Positions 1 through 10,603 of a stretch of DNA of 64,000 nt are shown piece after piece; within the stretch, counting starts at the first letter, position 1, and every line of letters begins with the position of its first letter. This DNA comes from a virus (taxonomy: Duplodnaviria > Heunggongvirae > Uroviricota > Caudoviricetes), in IMG/VR virus record IMGVR_UViG_2925846512_000001, one strand, 5' to 3'. The notes beneath the pieces were generated by a model, which was given only the letters and a program-made list of their open reading frames with translations, was not told the DNA's origin and made no database searches. Made by a program: the position numbers and the translations under genes.

Positions 1-387
1 TTTGTCGTGTTCGGAATCGAAGATGCTTTGGTGGAGGATGTATTTGCCGGATTCTTTGCGCGGTAACTTGATCGCTTTCTGGCGTTCCAGCTCCTTGTAA
101 ATCTGCATTGCTTCAATTAGTACCGGCCTGCCGTTCATGAAGGGATCGCGCAACCTTACACGCTGGCCAACTCGACCCGTAATAAAGCTGTTTTCCTCTT
201 CCACCAGCACGATAAAACCCTTTTCCTCTTTTTCTCGCAATTCGCGCAGCAGCTGGAGTTCCATATCGCGGCGGCGTTCAGGGTAGCTGGTCCGCTCAGC
301 CATTATCAGCTCATTGTTGATCCATGCGGCAGTCATTGACGCCGGTTTGCCGACGCTCATCGAAACAACGCATATTTTCTTATCCAT
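1..387 (-). CDS. Mat-like (particle maturation) protein, N-terminal part only; gene runs off the window start
   Basis: ATG (rc) at 385-387; minus-strand frame open to position 1 (MDKKICVVSMSVGKPASM...). Sits directly downstream of ref, where P1 carries mat. No domain recognised. Confidence 0.4.
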   Translation of the reverse strand, partial: MDKKICVVSMSVGKPASMTAAWINNELIMAERTSYPERRRDMELQLLRELREKEEKGFIVLVEEENSFITGRVGQRVRLRDPFMNGRPVLIEAMQIYKELERQKAIKLPRKESGKYILHQSIFDSEHDK

Positions 388-576
388 AGCGCCCCTTATA
401 AAAAAGAAAAGCCACCAGCGGCGGCTTAGCAATACAACTGAAGGTAGCGCCCGGTACTCAGACTGTGCCGTCCATGGAATATTTGAAAAGGGATCCATCC
501 GTACCGGGCATGTGATGATTCTGACTGAAGTCACTTGTCAGTTGTCAATTATTTCAGATTAAAAATAATATATTTA

Positions 577-1137
577 TTAGTGCATGCTGTTTGCCATCTC
601 ATAGGCGTCAGCCAGCAACTCCATCTCTGACTTGTTCAGCAAGGTGAATTCTTTCTTGCCTCCAACCACACCATCGGCATGAACAGGGACCAGCCAGGGG
701 TATTTTTCTCTTACTTCAGCCGGTGCTGCATGCTGGTGGTGCCATCTACAAAGTGGCAATTGCTTTTTGTGACAACCAGGCGCGGTACGACCGGAGATAT
801 GGTGCAGAGACACCTCTTCAGATATTACTCCATGCATATAGCAGGCAATGCAGGGGAGAGCGCCAAGAGCATTGGCTATGCGCCGCTCCTCCGCCGTCGG
901 TGTTCGTCCCTTCAAGCCACGAGATTTTATTTTTACCGCGCTTTTCCGCGTTTTGCTGGCTGGTGGGCGCTCTTTCTGTTTAGCGATACGGCGGTCGATA
1001 GTATTCCGCATTTTCTGATATTGAGATTCTCGCCAGGCCGGATCAGCCAACTTCTCCCGTTGCCGAGCGATCGCTCGTTCTCTGGCTGCCTTCTGCCACT
1101 TACGGTGCTGTTCAATTTTTTGTTCGATTGTTTTCAT
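577..1137 (-). CDS. ref: Ref, recombination enhancement function (HNH-type endonuclease)
   Basis: 186-aa translation from the internal Met (MKTIEQKIEQHRKWQKAARERA...CIACYMHG...HHI..RWHH) matches P1 Ref as I remember it. Basic N-terminus and HNH Cys/His motifs. The track ORF extends upstream to 1242 through a T9 run. Confidence 0.85.
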   Translation of the reverse strand: MKTIEQKIEQHRKWQKAARERAIARQREKLADPAWRESQYQKMRNTIDRRIAKQKERPPASKTRKSAVKIKSRGLKGRTPTAEERRIANALGALPCIACYMHGVISEEVSLHHISGRTAPGCHKKQLPLCRWHHQHAAPAEVREKYPWLVPVHADGVVGGKKEFTLLNKSEMELLADAYEMANSMH

Positions 1138-1235
1138 ATGGCAAAAAAAAGGCGGCCTGATGGCCGCCAATGATGTCAAGGAGTTAAGTAATGGCAACGT
1201 CTTCGTAGTTGACAAAAACTGCGGCTCAATTATAG

Positions 1236-1252
1236 CAATCAATTAGAGCAAT
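1236..1252 (-). promoter_or_regulatory. C1 operator-like site upstream of ref (Op2-like)
   Basis: rc reads ATTGCTCTAATTGATTG, 14/17 to ATTGCTCTAATAAATTT. Lies 100 bp upstream of the ref start. Confidence 0.5.
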
Positions 1253-1383
1253 GGTAGAGATTTTGTTTATCGCGAATCACATTTTTTCACTTCAGTACCT
1301 GTGTGCTATACTCCTTCTTGATTGATTGGATGCGGAATACAAACCCGCTCTTTTGTGCAGCCTGGCTCCTTGCCAGGCTTTTT

Positions 1384-1695
1384 TTATTTCATCATGGAAG
1401 CTGTTAATGCTTTGGACCTTGCTGAACTGATTGAGAGGGCTTTGTCAACGTGCCCCAAAAATTCGCCAAACTCAGACATCACTTTAGCAAAACCGCGCCG
1501 TGCTTCTTCCTCGGTGGCATTCATCACGAAATGTTCAGCACTACGCATACTTCTGACAGGGAACGCAACGGATATTGAGTCAATATCAGGCATTCTATCG
1601 CTCAGCTTTACAGTGACAATGACGGCTGGCGACTGAATATTAGTGCTCACTGACAGCACTACATATTTTCCGTCGATGTTGAAATTCTTTCTCAT
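1384..1695 (-). CDS. hypothetical protein (position of P1 cra/hxr between cre and ref)
   Basis: 103-aa ORF with no recognisable domain. An operator-like site sits just upstream. Confidence 0.45.
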   Translation of the reverse strand: MRKNFNIDGKYVVLSVSTNIQSPAVIVTVKLSDRMPDIDSISVAFPVRSMRSAEHFVMNATEEEARRGFAKVMSEFGEFLGHVDKALSISSARSKALTASMMK

Positions 1696-1711
1696 ATGTC
1701 ACCATAAATAT

Positions 1712-1728
1712 CAAAGAATTAGAGCAAT
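1712..1728 (-). promoter_or_regulatory. C1 operator-like half-conserved site
   Basis: rc reads ATTGCTCTAATTCTTTG; the first 11 nt match the operator core. Confidence 0.35.
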
Positions 1729-1745
1729 CATTTACGCGTTAATGG

Positions 1746-2777
1746 CTAATCGCCATCTTCCAGCAGGCGCACCATTGCCCCTGTTTCACTATCCAGGTTA
1801 CGGATATAGTTCATGACAATATTTACGTTGGTCCAGCCACCAGCTTGCATGATCTCCGGTATTGAAACTCCGGCGCGGGCCATATCTCGCGCGGCTCCGA
1901 CACGGGCACTGTGTCCAGACCAGGCCAGGTACCTCTGACCAGAGTCATCCTTAGCCCCGTAAATCAATCGGTGAGTTGCTTCAAAAATCCCTTCCAGGGC
2001 GCGAGTTGATAGCTGGCTGGTGGATGATGGCGAGGCAACACCATTTTTTCTGACCCGGCAAAACAAGTAGTTATTCGGATCATCAGCCACACCAGAGACG
2101 GAAATCCATCGCTCGACCAGTTTAGTTACCCCCAGGCTAAGTGCCTTCTCTACACCTGCGGTGCTAACCAGCGTTTTCGTTCTGCCAATATGGATTAACA
2201 TTCTCCCACCGTCAGTACGTGAGATATCTTTAACCCTGATCCTGGCAATTTCGGCTATACGTAACAGGGTGTTATAAGCAATCCCCAGAAATGCCAGATT
2301 CCGTATATCCTGGCAGCGATCGCTATTTCCCATGAGTGAACGAACCTGGTCGAAATCAGTGCGTTCGAACGCCAGCGCCTGTTTTGCACGCTCACCGGCA
2401 TCAACGTTTTCTTTTCGGATCCGTCGCATGACCAGTGAAACAGCATTGCTGTCACTTGGTCGTGGCAGCCCGGACCGACGATGAAGCATATTTAGCTGGC
2501 CCAAATGTTGCTGGATAGTTTTCACTGCCAGACCGCGCGCCTGAAGATATAGAAGATAATCGCGAACATCTTCAGGTTCTGCGGGAAACCATTTCCGGTT
2601 ATTCAACTTGCACCATGCCGCCCATGACCGGCAAACGGACAGAAGCATTTTCCAGGTATGCTCAGAAAACGCCTGGCGATCCCTGAACATGTCCATCAGG
2701 TTCTTGCGAACCTCATCACTCGTTGCATCGACCGGTAATGCAGGCAAATTTTGGTGTACGGTCAGTAAATTGGACAT
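1746..2777 (-). CDS. cre: Cre site-specific tyrosine recombinase
   Basis: 343-aa translation (MSNLLTVHQNLPALPVDATSDEVRKNLMDMFRDRQAFSEHTWKML...RLLEDGD) is essentially P1 Cre. It differs from my memory of the reference at only a few positions (e.g. LMGNSDRC, ASPSSTSQ). Confidence 0.97.
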   Translation of the reverse strand: MSNLLTVHQNLPALPVDATSDEVRKNLMDMFRDRQAFSEHTWKMLLSVCRSWAAWCKLNNRKWFPAEPEDVRDYLLYLQARGLAVKTIQQHLGQLNMLHRRSGLPRPSDSNAVSLVMRRIRKENVDAGERAKQALAFERTDFDQVRSLMGNSDRCQDIRNLAFLGIAYNTLLRIAEIARIRVKDISRTDGGRMLIHIGRTKTLVSTAGVEKALSLGVTKLVERWISVSGVADDPNNYLFCRVRKNGVASPSSTSQLSTRALEGIFEATHRLIYGAKDDSGQRYLAWSGHSARVGAARDMARAGVSIPEIMQAGGWTNVNIVMNYIRNLDSETGAMVRLLEDGD

Positions 2778-2784
2778 TTAACAC

Positions 2785-3006
2785 TCAGATAATGGTTTTA
2801 AGTAAAGTGTACAGGATCGGCTCTGCCTTTACCTGTTTATGGTTCTCGTCATAGAAACGCCAGCGACCGCGCGTGCGTTCTATTTTCTCTTCACCGCGCG
2901 ATAATGACAGTTGACAACTATCACGATCAAACCCTTTTGCCCGCCAGTAACCACGGTTTTTCTCAAGCTCAATATGAGTGGACACTTTAGCAGCTGAATA
3001 TCCCAT
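2785..3006 (-). CDS. small hypothetical ORF between loxP and cre
   Basis: 73-aa ORF ending 7 nt before the cre start. No homology recognised; may be spurious. Confidence 0.2.
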   Translation of the reverse strand: MGYSAAKVSTHIELEKNRGYWRAKGFDRDSCQLSLSRGEEKIERTRGRWRFYDENHKQVKAEPILYTLLKTII

Positions 3007-3100
3007 TTTTCACCTCTGATTGATTGGTGGTGCTAAGTGCGCTACGCGAAATCTGGAGCACTAACACTGCCAACATTTCGCAGATTTTACGTAGCGCAAC

Positions 3101-3180
3101 CTTGATCAAATGATCAAGTGATCACTATTTGACCTGATAAGGTATTGAACTGTATGGATTTACAGGTAAATTGATCATGT
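3101..3180 (-). promoter_or_regulatory. cre upstream region with four GATC (Dam) sites
   Basis: GATC at 3104, 3112, 3120 and 3173. P1 cre promoters are known to be Dam-regulated. Confidence 0.4.
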
Positions 3181-3195
3181 TCAATAACCCTTAAG

Positions 3196-3229
3196 ATAAC
3201 TTCGTATAATGTATGCTATACGAAGTTAT
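3196..3229 (-). other. loxP recombination site (34 bp)
   Basis: ATAACTTCGTATA-ATGTATGC-TATACGAAGTTAT. The spacer is the reverse complement of the conventional GCATACAT, consistent with cre on the minus strand. Confidence 0.97.
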
Positions 3230-3273
3230 TAGGTCCGAAGAGGAGTTTACGTCCAGCTGCGCATAAAAATCAA

Positions 3274-3290
3274 GAATTATTAGAGCAATA
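3274..3290 (-). promoter_or_regulatory. C1 operator (Op99 cluster)
   Basis: rc reads TATTGCTCTAATAATTC, 15/17 to consensus. Confidence 0.6.
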
Positions 3291-3349
3291 AATTTTGAGA
3301 GAAAAATCCCACTCCACCAGCCAAAAACTGGATTGTTTTTCATTGTTGT

Positions 3350-3378
3350 TTGACAATTGCTCTAATAAATTATAGTTT
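3350..3378 (+). promoter_or_regulatory. promoter with embedded C1 operator, directed toward coi-c1
   Basis: TTGACA (3350-3355), then the 17-bp operator ATTGCTCTAATAAATTA (3356-3372), then a weak -10 TAGTTT. The operator fills the spacer. Confidence 0.65.
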
Positions 3379-3497
3379 TGCCGCCGTTTCGTAATACGAC
3401 TTTGGATTCACTATTTAATGTGTCTTCAGCGTTGTAGAGCGGCTCAGAAGGAAATGAGCAAACAGGGAAACCTTATACAACGGCATTACAGCTATGC

Positions 3498-3514
3498 ATT
3501 GCTCATCTTACACA
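3498..3514 (+). promoter_or_regulatory. weak C1 operator-like site
   Basis: ATTGCTCATCTTACACA; only the ATTGCTC core is conserved (9/17). Confidence 0.2.
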
Positions 3515-3610
3515 CAGCGCAATGTTGTTAGATTACCCCAGCATGGATCATGGGTGAAACAGTAGGTCAGAGCTTCAGGCTCTGTGTTGTCAATACAGTG
3601 AGGCATAATT

Positions 3611-3820
3611 ATGGCTTTCATTCCACCAACCATCGACGACGTTAGACATTGCTCTAACGCTTTATCTGTAGACCCTGCCGAAACCGACGCTGCCCGCGCC
3701 ATTGCTGAACACTACTCAAAGATATCCAATCAGGAGTACCGCATCACCCAAGACGACCTGGATGATCTCACTGACACAATCGAATATCTCATGGCCACTA
3801 ACCAGCCAGACTCACAATAA
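3611..3820 (+). CDS. coi: Coi, C1 inactivator
   Basis: 69 aa (MAFIPPTIDDVRHCSNALSV...), matching the size and sequence of P1 Coi as I remember it. Lies immediately upstream of c1. Confidence 0.8.
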   Translation: MAFIPPTIDDVRHCSNALSVDPAETDAARAIAEHYSKISNQEYRITQDDLDDLTDTIEYLMATNQPDSQ

Positions 3821-3930
3821 ATGCACTAATAAATCTATTATTTTCGTTGGATCCTTCTATAATGGTGGCCAACAACTCCCAGTGTAATCCGCTGTGAGTT
3901 GTTGGCCATGTCAATTCTGGAGGAGGATCA

Positions 3931-4782
3931 ATGATAAATTATGTCTACGGCGAACAACTGTACCAGGAGTTCGTCAGCTTCAGGGATCTCTTTCTAAAAA
4001 AAGCTGTTGCACGCGCCCAACACGTTGATGCCGCCAGCGACGGTCGTCCTGTACGCCCGGTTGTCGTTCTGCCGTTCAAAGAAACGGACAGCATTCAGGC
4101 TGAAATTGATAAATGGACTTTAATGGCGCGAGAACTGGAACAGTACCCAGACCTCAATATCCCAAAGACTATTTTATATCCAGTGCCTAACATCCTTCGC
4201 GGTGTGCGTAAGGTTACAACTTATCAGACAGAAGCTGTGAACAGCGTCAACATGACCGCTGGCCGCATTATTCATCTGATTGATAAGGACATTCGCATCC
4301 AGAAAAGCGCGGGGATCAATGAGCACAGTGCGAAATACATAGAGAACCTGGAAGCAACAAAAGAGCTAATGAAGCAGTACCCGGAGGATGAAAAATTCCG
4401 TATGCGTGTACACGGCTTTAGCGAAACAATGCTGCGCGTCCATTACATTTCCAGTAGCCCTAACTACAATGATGGTAAATCAGTTAGTTACCATGTGCCG
4501 CTGTGTGGTGTGTTTATCTGCGATGAAACTCTCCGTGATGGAATCATCATCAACGGTGAATTCGAGAAAGCAAAATTTAGCCTTTATGACTCTATAGAAC
4601 CGATCATCTGCGACCGCTGGCCGCAGGCAAAAATATATCGCCTGGCAGATATTGAAAATGTAAAAAAACAAATTGCCATCACTCGCGAAGAGAAAAAGGT
4701 CAAATCAGCCGCATCAGTTACGCGCAGCCGTAAAACTAAGAAGGGGCAGCCAGTAAACGACAACCCCGAAAGCGCGCAATAG
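3931..4782 (+). CDS. c1: C1 primary repressor of lytic functions
   Basis: 283 aa (MINYVYGEQLYQEFVSFRDLFLKKAVARAQ...), P1 C1 size and sequence. RBS GGAGGAG upstream. Many cognate operators are present in the window. Confidence 0.93.
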   Translation: MINYVYGEQLYQEFVSFRDLFLKKAVARAQHVDAASDGRPVRPVVVLPFKETDSIQAEIDKWTLMARELEQYPDLNIPKTILYPVPNILRGVRKVTTYQTEAVNSVNMTAGRIIHLIDKDIRIQKSAGINEHSAKYIENLEATKELMKQYPEDEKFRMRVHGFSETMLRVHYISSSPNYNDGKSVSYHVPLCGVFICDETLRDGIIINGEFEKAKFSLYDSIEPIICDRWPQAKIYRLADIENVKKQIAITREEKKVKSAASVTRSRKTKKGQPVNDNPESAQ

Positions 4783-4806
4783 TTTCTATCCGGCATGGTT
4801 AATGAG

Positions 4807-6291
4807 TTATTCATTAAGCCATGCCAGAGCTTCATCAACCTGCGCTTCGTCTTCGACGCTAAGCACTTCATCCTGGGGAACATAGTTCGCCAACATAGCG
4901 AAACAATATGTATCCCAATGGTCCGGTGAGTGCAGGTTGAGTTTTTTCTTCATATCTTCCTTTGACATCACCTTCCATTGACCTGCGGAATTTATCCCTA
5001 CCGGTATCTTTGATGCTTCCTCTATAGTCGCAGCCCCCTTATCAAGCCTCATACGCCCTGATTTTACAGCTTCTGCCGCCTGAATATTCGCGAAAGCGCG
5101 CATATCGAAATAAAGGCTTTTATCTTCACGGCTGTGCATCTTTTTACCCCAGCGGATACGCTGGACGGTAATGCCATAGCGTTCGTACATTAGATCAGCC
5201 GTCGATTTCCCCAAGCCATCGCCATCAATAGCTATGGTTATGTTCGGGAACCGTTCTGGGTTACATTCTGCGAAAATCTTGGCGGCTAACTGCGTTTCTG
5301 TAACGTCTGTGTATTCCAGCATACGATAGTTGATTACACGGCGTTTATTTCGCTGGCCGGACACCATCATGATATTAATAACGGACTTATCTCGTCCTGT
5401 GCCACCAGCAACGTCAACACATGCAACCCAGCCCCATCCTTTGGCAATCTTGACCTTTCGCCGCGTCGCCCGCTCAACCTCATCACGACCAAGAAGAAAG
5501 CCATCTTGAGATTTGGGAAATTCACCACGTACTTTGATCATGTACATGGGGTTATCACGACCGCCATACTCCGCAAGTTTTGCTCGTATAAATTTTGCAT
5601 CTACAAGCGGAGATTCTTCACTATTCAGTATTATCGCAGTAAACAATCCATCAGGATTTCCCGGGCGAATAGCTAGTCTGTGGTGTGAATCGTAGAAATA
5701 GCCTGAAGGTCGCGTAGGCTGGGAAAGAAGCAGAATACGGTTATCCTTACCGGTCAGCGCACCTGTTATCACACTGAATGCTTTATCACTCACACCCGAC
5801 GCTTCGTCGATGATATACAAGAGATGATCGGCGTGTTCACCAGCCAACGCCTCCTCATTCCCGGGGCGACAGGACTTTATCAATATTGTCCAAACACCCT
5901 TGCCAGTCACCTCAAAAAAAGACGTTTCTGTAAGAATGAAATACTTTGACAACCACGGGAATCTGCTAACAGCAGTAGCCCAATTGCTCTTTATGTATTT
6001 GAAAATACCATCAAGGACTTGCTGTCTTTTGTTAGCGACCAGAATGACGCGAGCGCCGGGGAAAAACATGATGAAGAGTATTGCAATGATACTCGTCATA
6101 TCCGATTTACCAGTACCATGGCCGGAGGTCACACTTGTCCAACTGCCGTCCTGCTGCGTGGACTCAATGATCTCATCCTGCTGCCAGGTTGGTGTCTTCC
6201 CAAACAACACATCAGCGGCCGCAATCCAGTCATAACGATATAGCGCCACAAGCTCGCGCCAACGTGGGTCCGTTACGCAACTTCTGGCCAT
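4807..6291 (-). CDS. pacB: PacB, terminase large (ATPase/nuclease) subunit
   Basis: 494 aa with Walker A GHGTGKS and a DExx box (IIDEASG). Translationally coupled to pacA (the pacA stop overlaps this start). Confidence 0.85.
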
Positions 6292-7484
6292 TAATCATCA
6301 TCCCCGTACAGTTTGCGGGTAACTTCTTCGTCTTCCTCCTCGTCTTCGTCCAGATCCTGTTCAAGCCATGCTTCGTTTGATATGCCTTCCGCATCGACAT
6401 CACCATAACCACCTGTATCGACGATATCGGCAATTTCTTCTCTACGATGCTCAATCCACAATGCGGCATCAGCGCGGCGGCTGGCGGCCCGTTCTCGCGC
6501 GATTTTATCCAGATCTTCAAGTGATGGAGCGCCAGATGCTGTTTGGTTTTCCTCATCATCGGTATTGGTCTTAGGAGCACGCAGATCGGCTTTGATTTGC
6601 TCCAGCATCAGGGGAGGCACTTTTCCTCCATGCGCCTCGATGAATTCAGCCGCTTCCAGCACTGACCAGTTATTTTCACGCTTTCGTTCGTATGCCAGCT
6701 TAACAATGCCAGCTTGCCCCATAGATAAAGCGTGCTTTTCCGCCTCCCGGCTTTCTTTTCGATAGTTATTCCGGATGCTGTAAATGGTGTTGATCAGGCT
6801 GCTTATCTGCGCGGAACAGCTGTTTAGCATGCTCGCGATACGGTATTCAGGCGGAGTACCTTCATCATCGTCTTTTTGCTGATCGCGCATTTCCTGCACT
6901 AGGCGAATACACGTATCCCTGGCGTTCTCCAGCATAAGGAGATGAGAAAGAGACTTTTCCAGAAGAGTGGTTTCCAGAACATCGGCCCCGGACCGACGCA
7001 ACATAGCGCGCGCGGCCTTCCGCGCTTCAACGTTATCTATCAGGTAATCGCCAGCTTCGAATTCAAAGCGTTCACCATCATCATCCAGGGTGTCGCGTTC
7101 CAGGCGATCACGTAAGGTCCGGTGGGCGCGGGTGATCACGTCATGATCATCTGAACGATCATTTATGCGCTTATTTTGGCGCTTCGCATTCTCGACTGCG
7201 GCACTGACAACGGCATTAACTCTTTGTTTTTCCGCTATTTCAGCCGAAATGTGATCACCTGCATGTTGATCATTAGAGTGATCAATGATCATGCTTTTTA
7301 GTGGCTTCCTGACTGGCTTATTTGGCTTGCGGCTGTCCGTAGTCCTGGTGTCTTCTTTGAAGGCACGGAGATAACGACGTGCGGTATTAGGGTTAAGATT
7401 AAACTCGGCGGCATACTGTGCGATGGTGTAACCACCATCTCGCGCCAGGCGAGCAAAATTCTTCTTGTGATCGTCCCAGGTCAC
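6291..7484 (-). CDS. pacA: PacA, terminase small/pac-recognition subunit
   Basis: 397 aa with an acidic C-terminus. It contains the pac site, as in P1. Confidence 0.85.
7131..7292. other. pac packaging site (162 bp) inside pacA
   Basis: Three TGATCA/CGATCA hexamers at 7133-7160 and four TGATCA hexamers at 7252-7291, all containing GATC. This is the 3+4 arrangement of P1 pac. Confidence 0.75.
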
Positions 7485-7569
7485 TTATGCTTCCTTTCGT
7501 AAAAACTCTTTTTGACGCGAGGGTAACGAAAGTCACATGTCAAAAGGCCCGGAACGGGCAAGCAATCAA

Positions 7570-8022
7570 TCAGATACGTGCGGATGTGGCATTACCGTAA
7601 TGACGGTGCTGACGGGCCACCTTATTGAAAAGTTGACGCGCCATTACCCAAGGCTGGTGCTCCCGGCGTTCCTTTTCGTCCTGCGTCATATAGAGTTCGT
7701 TCTGGAGTTTTTCATCAAACCGGCGCGGAGCGCGGCTACGGCGAAAGAATTCAGGATTCAGAGAGTGGATCTGAAATCTACGTGGGCGTGTACTGTCATC
7801 TATCAAAACAGACGAATACTTAGACACAGCGATAGCCTTTAAGCGCAGATAAACATCGCGCTTATCGACATCCAGATGCGGGTATTCCTTTTCAAGAATT
7901 GCTGCGAGTTCTTTCGCTGATAGAAGAGATTTAGTGCGGATCATGTAATCCGCAATCTCGTACGATGTTATTCGTGAGTGATTTATTTCCATGAAGTGGC
8001 GTCCCTGCCAGTTAAGTAACAT
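7570..8022 (-). CDS. lpa: Lpa, late promoter activator
   Basis: 150-aa ORF immediately upstream of pacA, the P1 lpa position, with an operator upstream. Recognition is by synteny and size. Confidence 0.65.
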   Translation of the reverse strand: MLLNWQGRHFMEINHSRITSYEIADYMIRTKSLLSAKELAAILEKEYPHLDVDKRDVYLRLKAIAVSKYSSVLIDDSTRPRRFQIHSLNPEFFRRSRAPRRFDEKLQNELYMTQDEKERREHQPWVMARQLFNKVARQHRHYGNATSARI

Positions 8023-8092
8023 CCTGTCACCTACTGATTAGCCCATGTCAACTAATCAACGTGGAATATAATACCCTCGATTAAAGAAATAG

Positions 8093-8109
8093 CAATACAT
8101 TAGAGCAAT
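8093..8109 (-). promoter_or_regulatory. C1 operator upstream of lpa (Op88-like)
   Basis: rc reads ATTGCTCTAATGTATTG, 14/17. Confidence 0.55.
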
Positions 8110-8110
8110 T

Positions 8111-9154
8111 TTATCTAACACTCGACGAATGACTTGTGATAACGCCCACTCCAAGCGCGTAATCAAAGAACAATCGTTGATGCATCGCCAACCTACCGTG
8201 CGTCTTCTCCCAATTATCGCGGTCACGCTCAATATCACGCTGGCATGACTGGCACAGAGGAATTGCGTAAATGTCATGCGCGCATAATCGACTATGACGA
8301 ACGATATAAGGCGTAATGTGAGCGCCAGCTCCCGCAGCTCCACACCCACAGCATGGACGGGAAGCAACAAAGTCCATGTACTCAGGTAATTTTAGCGATT
8401 GCAGTTTTGGTATTTTGAAATGCGCCATGCCAGGGTCGGAGTCAACATCCACAGGGCATACTTTTGCACGCATCGGCGCGGCGCGTTCTTCCATCATCTG
8501 AACATATGCTGTAGCGCGATCGTCATACGGGCGAATATCCGCCTCTTTCAGAGGTCCGCTATCCTGCGGAGTAGCCTTCATCTTATTTATTGATATGCGG
8601 CAGACTTCTTCCGGCATCAGGTGCATCATGTTGCGCATGAAAGCCCACCAGCACAGCTCCTGAATACTTAAATCATGGCTATTTGAAAGGCCCATTTCCT
8701 GACGGGCGACATCCAGTATCCAGTTAACGCGATTATTGTGCAGCGTTTCTTTCAGCTCATTAAAACCACGCATCCGGTAATGGTTATCGTGATGCCAGCA
8801 CAACAACACCGCGCTATTGTCTCGTTCAGCGTGGACAATATGGTTGTCACACCAACTACGATCTGCGGCCTGGCATTGACCCTCTTTCCTACGCAACCAC
8901 GCCACCAGCGCGTCAATTCCACCAATACGGCGAAACAGTTCATCGCTGTTAAAAAACGGCTGCAACGCCTCATTTGTTGCCATGGTTTGCTCGGTAACAA
9001 CGAGGCCGTCTTCCATGTGCTCGATTAACTCACGCGGCACCGGCTCCATAATAAATTTACGGCCAGCCTCCACCAGCTTTCTGACCTCCTGATCCACTTT
9101 GAACGTGGCGAGGCCAAGCTCTTTCTGTACAAATGGAGTAATTACGGCTTTCAC
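8111..9154 (-). CDS. hypothetical protein (position of P1 pdcB, post-doc)
   Basis: 347 aa, Cys-rich ([12 protein letters not shown]...C..C). No known domain recognised. Confidence 0.5.
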   Translation of the reverse strand: MKAVITPFVQKELGLATFKVDQEVRKLVEAGRKFIMEPVPRELIEHMEDGLVVTEQTMATNEALQPFFNSDELFRRIGGIDALVAWLRRKEGQCQAADRSWCDNHIVHAERDNSAVLLCWHHDNHYRMRGFNELKETLHNNRVNWILDVARQEMGLSNSHDLSIQELCWWAFMRNMMHLMPEEVCRISINKMKATPQDSGPLKEADIRPYDDRATAYVQMMEERAAPMRAKVCPVDVDSDPGMAHFKIPKLQSLKLPEYMDFVASRPCCGCGAAGAGAHITPYIVRHSRLCAHDIYAIPLCQSCQRDIERDRDNWEKTHGRLAMHQRLFFDYALGVGVITSHSSSVR

Positions 9155-9181
9155 ATCACACCTTTAATCACTGATTGGGCT

Positions 9182-9382
9182 TTATCTGCTGCCCGGCATT
9201 CTCTGTTTAAGCACAACCATTTCCTGACGGCATAACACAGCAATAGCTGTCCTGGCACCAATTTGCTTACCAACCAGGTATTGCTTTACCTTGCGGCGAC
9301 TCACGCCATCAAGAAGCATCTTTAACGCTTCACGGGACAACTTGTTGTATTTGCGTGCCATTAATCTACTCCGCAGAACCAT
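9182..9382 (-). CDS. small basic protein (position of P1 pdcA)
   Basis: 66-aa ORF just downstream of doc. Confidence 0.35.
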
Positions 9383-9746
9383 ACAATCTACGTAACGTGT
9401 CGGCGACAGAAGATACAGATATCTCGCCAGTCGCAGCGCCTACGGTAAGGTCTGCCAGTTCAGGTGAATCAAATACCTGCACCCCGTTACGGCGTAGAAA
9501 TAGCAGCGCACTGTTTAGCGCGGTACGCTTATTGGCATCATTGAATATATGCCCTCTCGCTGTAGCCACCAGGTAGGTGGCAGAGACTTCGAAAAGGTCG
9601 GTGATCTCTTCGTAGGCAACTCTGGCCTGAACTCTCCCGATAATGGCCTCTGCCCTACCCGGATCAGACATTCCCGGCAGGCCGCCGTAGCGGCTTATAT
9701 TCGCATCATGAAGCGCAATAAGTTCTTCCGGTGATATATGCCTCAT
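9366..9746 (-). CDS. doc: Doc toxin (Fic-fold kinase), death on curing
   Basis: 126 aa ([40 protein letters not shown]...), P1 Doc. Confidence 0.95.
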
Positions 9747-9967
9747 TATCGGTTAACCAGTTCCTTGTTGGTGGAGTCCAGGGTGTCAAACAGGGATGCA
9801 AATTCAGCATCCAGCGCCGCTTTTTTGTAGGCTTCGAAAGTAGCCTTGCTGACAATTACTGCTGGCTCACGGCCTCTGCGGGTGATTTCAACCTCTTCCC
9901 CGGCTTCAACATTGTTGAGCACTTCAGAAAGGTTGCCACGCGCGGTACGGAAGTTAATGGATTGCAT
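9746..9967 (-). CDS. phd: Phd antitoxin
   Basis: 73 aa from the second Met ([39 protein letters not shown]...). Its stop overlaps the doc start (TAATG). Confidence 0.92.
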
Positions 9968-10039
9968 AAACACCTCGTGTACTCGTTATGTGTACACAAT
10001 TATAAACTTCACAGGCATAAAGCACCAGCCCTTTGCAGC

Positions 10040-10429
10040 TTAAATAACCGGACAATCATCAAACTCCCCACTTCTGGCATCATTGATGACATGAGTGATC
10101 ACACCAAAAACAGCATTACTGCCCGTGTATCCATCGTCATCTACTGGTAACGCCTCTTTCTTCCCGGTGCTTAAATCCTCCAGGTGCTGGCGCGGATACT
10201 TCCTGTATCTCTTTATGCGATATTCACCCTCCATAGCGCACACAAGCAGAGAACCATCAACCGGAGTAAGCGAGGAATCAACCACCAGCAAAGCACCCTG
10301 CAATATTCCCTCACGGTGATGGCTATCAGCTGCCCGCATGAAGTAGGTTGCTGATGGATGCCTGATTAGTTGCTGATCAAGAGAAATTCGGCTTTCAACA
10401 TAATCCGCCGCAGGAGAAGGGAAGCCCAT
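10040..10429 (-). CDS. humD: HumD, UmuD'-like SOS mutagenesis protein
   Basis: 129 aa with UmuD/LexA C-terminal protease-fold motifs (...GDSM-like...RVNGDSL...); matches P1 HumD in size and position. Confidence 0.8.
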   Translation of the reverse strand: MGFPSPAADYVESRISLDQQLIRHPSATYFMRAADSHHREGILQGALLVVDSSLTPVDGSLLVCAMEGEYRIKRYRKYPRQHLEDLSTGKKEALPVDDDGYTGSNAVFGVITHVINDARSGEFDDCPVI

Positions 10430-10448
10430 AGCGTTTTCACCTCAATAA

Positions 10449-10468
10449 TACTGTTCATTTATACAGTA
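10449..10468. promoter_or_regulatory. LexA (SOS) box between humD and the divergent lxr-region genes
   Basis: TACTGTTCATTTATACAGTA, i.e. CTGT-N8-ACAG with TA flanks. Confidence 0.65.
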
Positions 10469-10603
10469 TACATTAAAGAGACACCTTTGGTGCAAACGCG
10501 TTACGTACATCAACCACCGCTGATGATTTTGTGCTCTTTGCTACTATTCATCACCAACGGATCAGCGTAACCTCGTTGCCAATCAGTTAATAAGGAATTA
10601 GCT

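Noticed and set aside
679-1173. Plus-strand ORFs 679..1173 and 723..983 (and 933..1115 on the minus strand)
   Set aside because: They are antisense to or out of frame within ref, which has a clearly recognisable product.
3508-3887. ORFs 3508..3702 (-) and 3702..3887 (+) around coi
   Set aside because: They overlap coi and the operator/promoter region, and no homology was recognised. P1 has small imc ORFs near here, but I cannot match them from memory.
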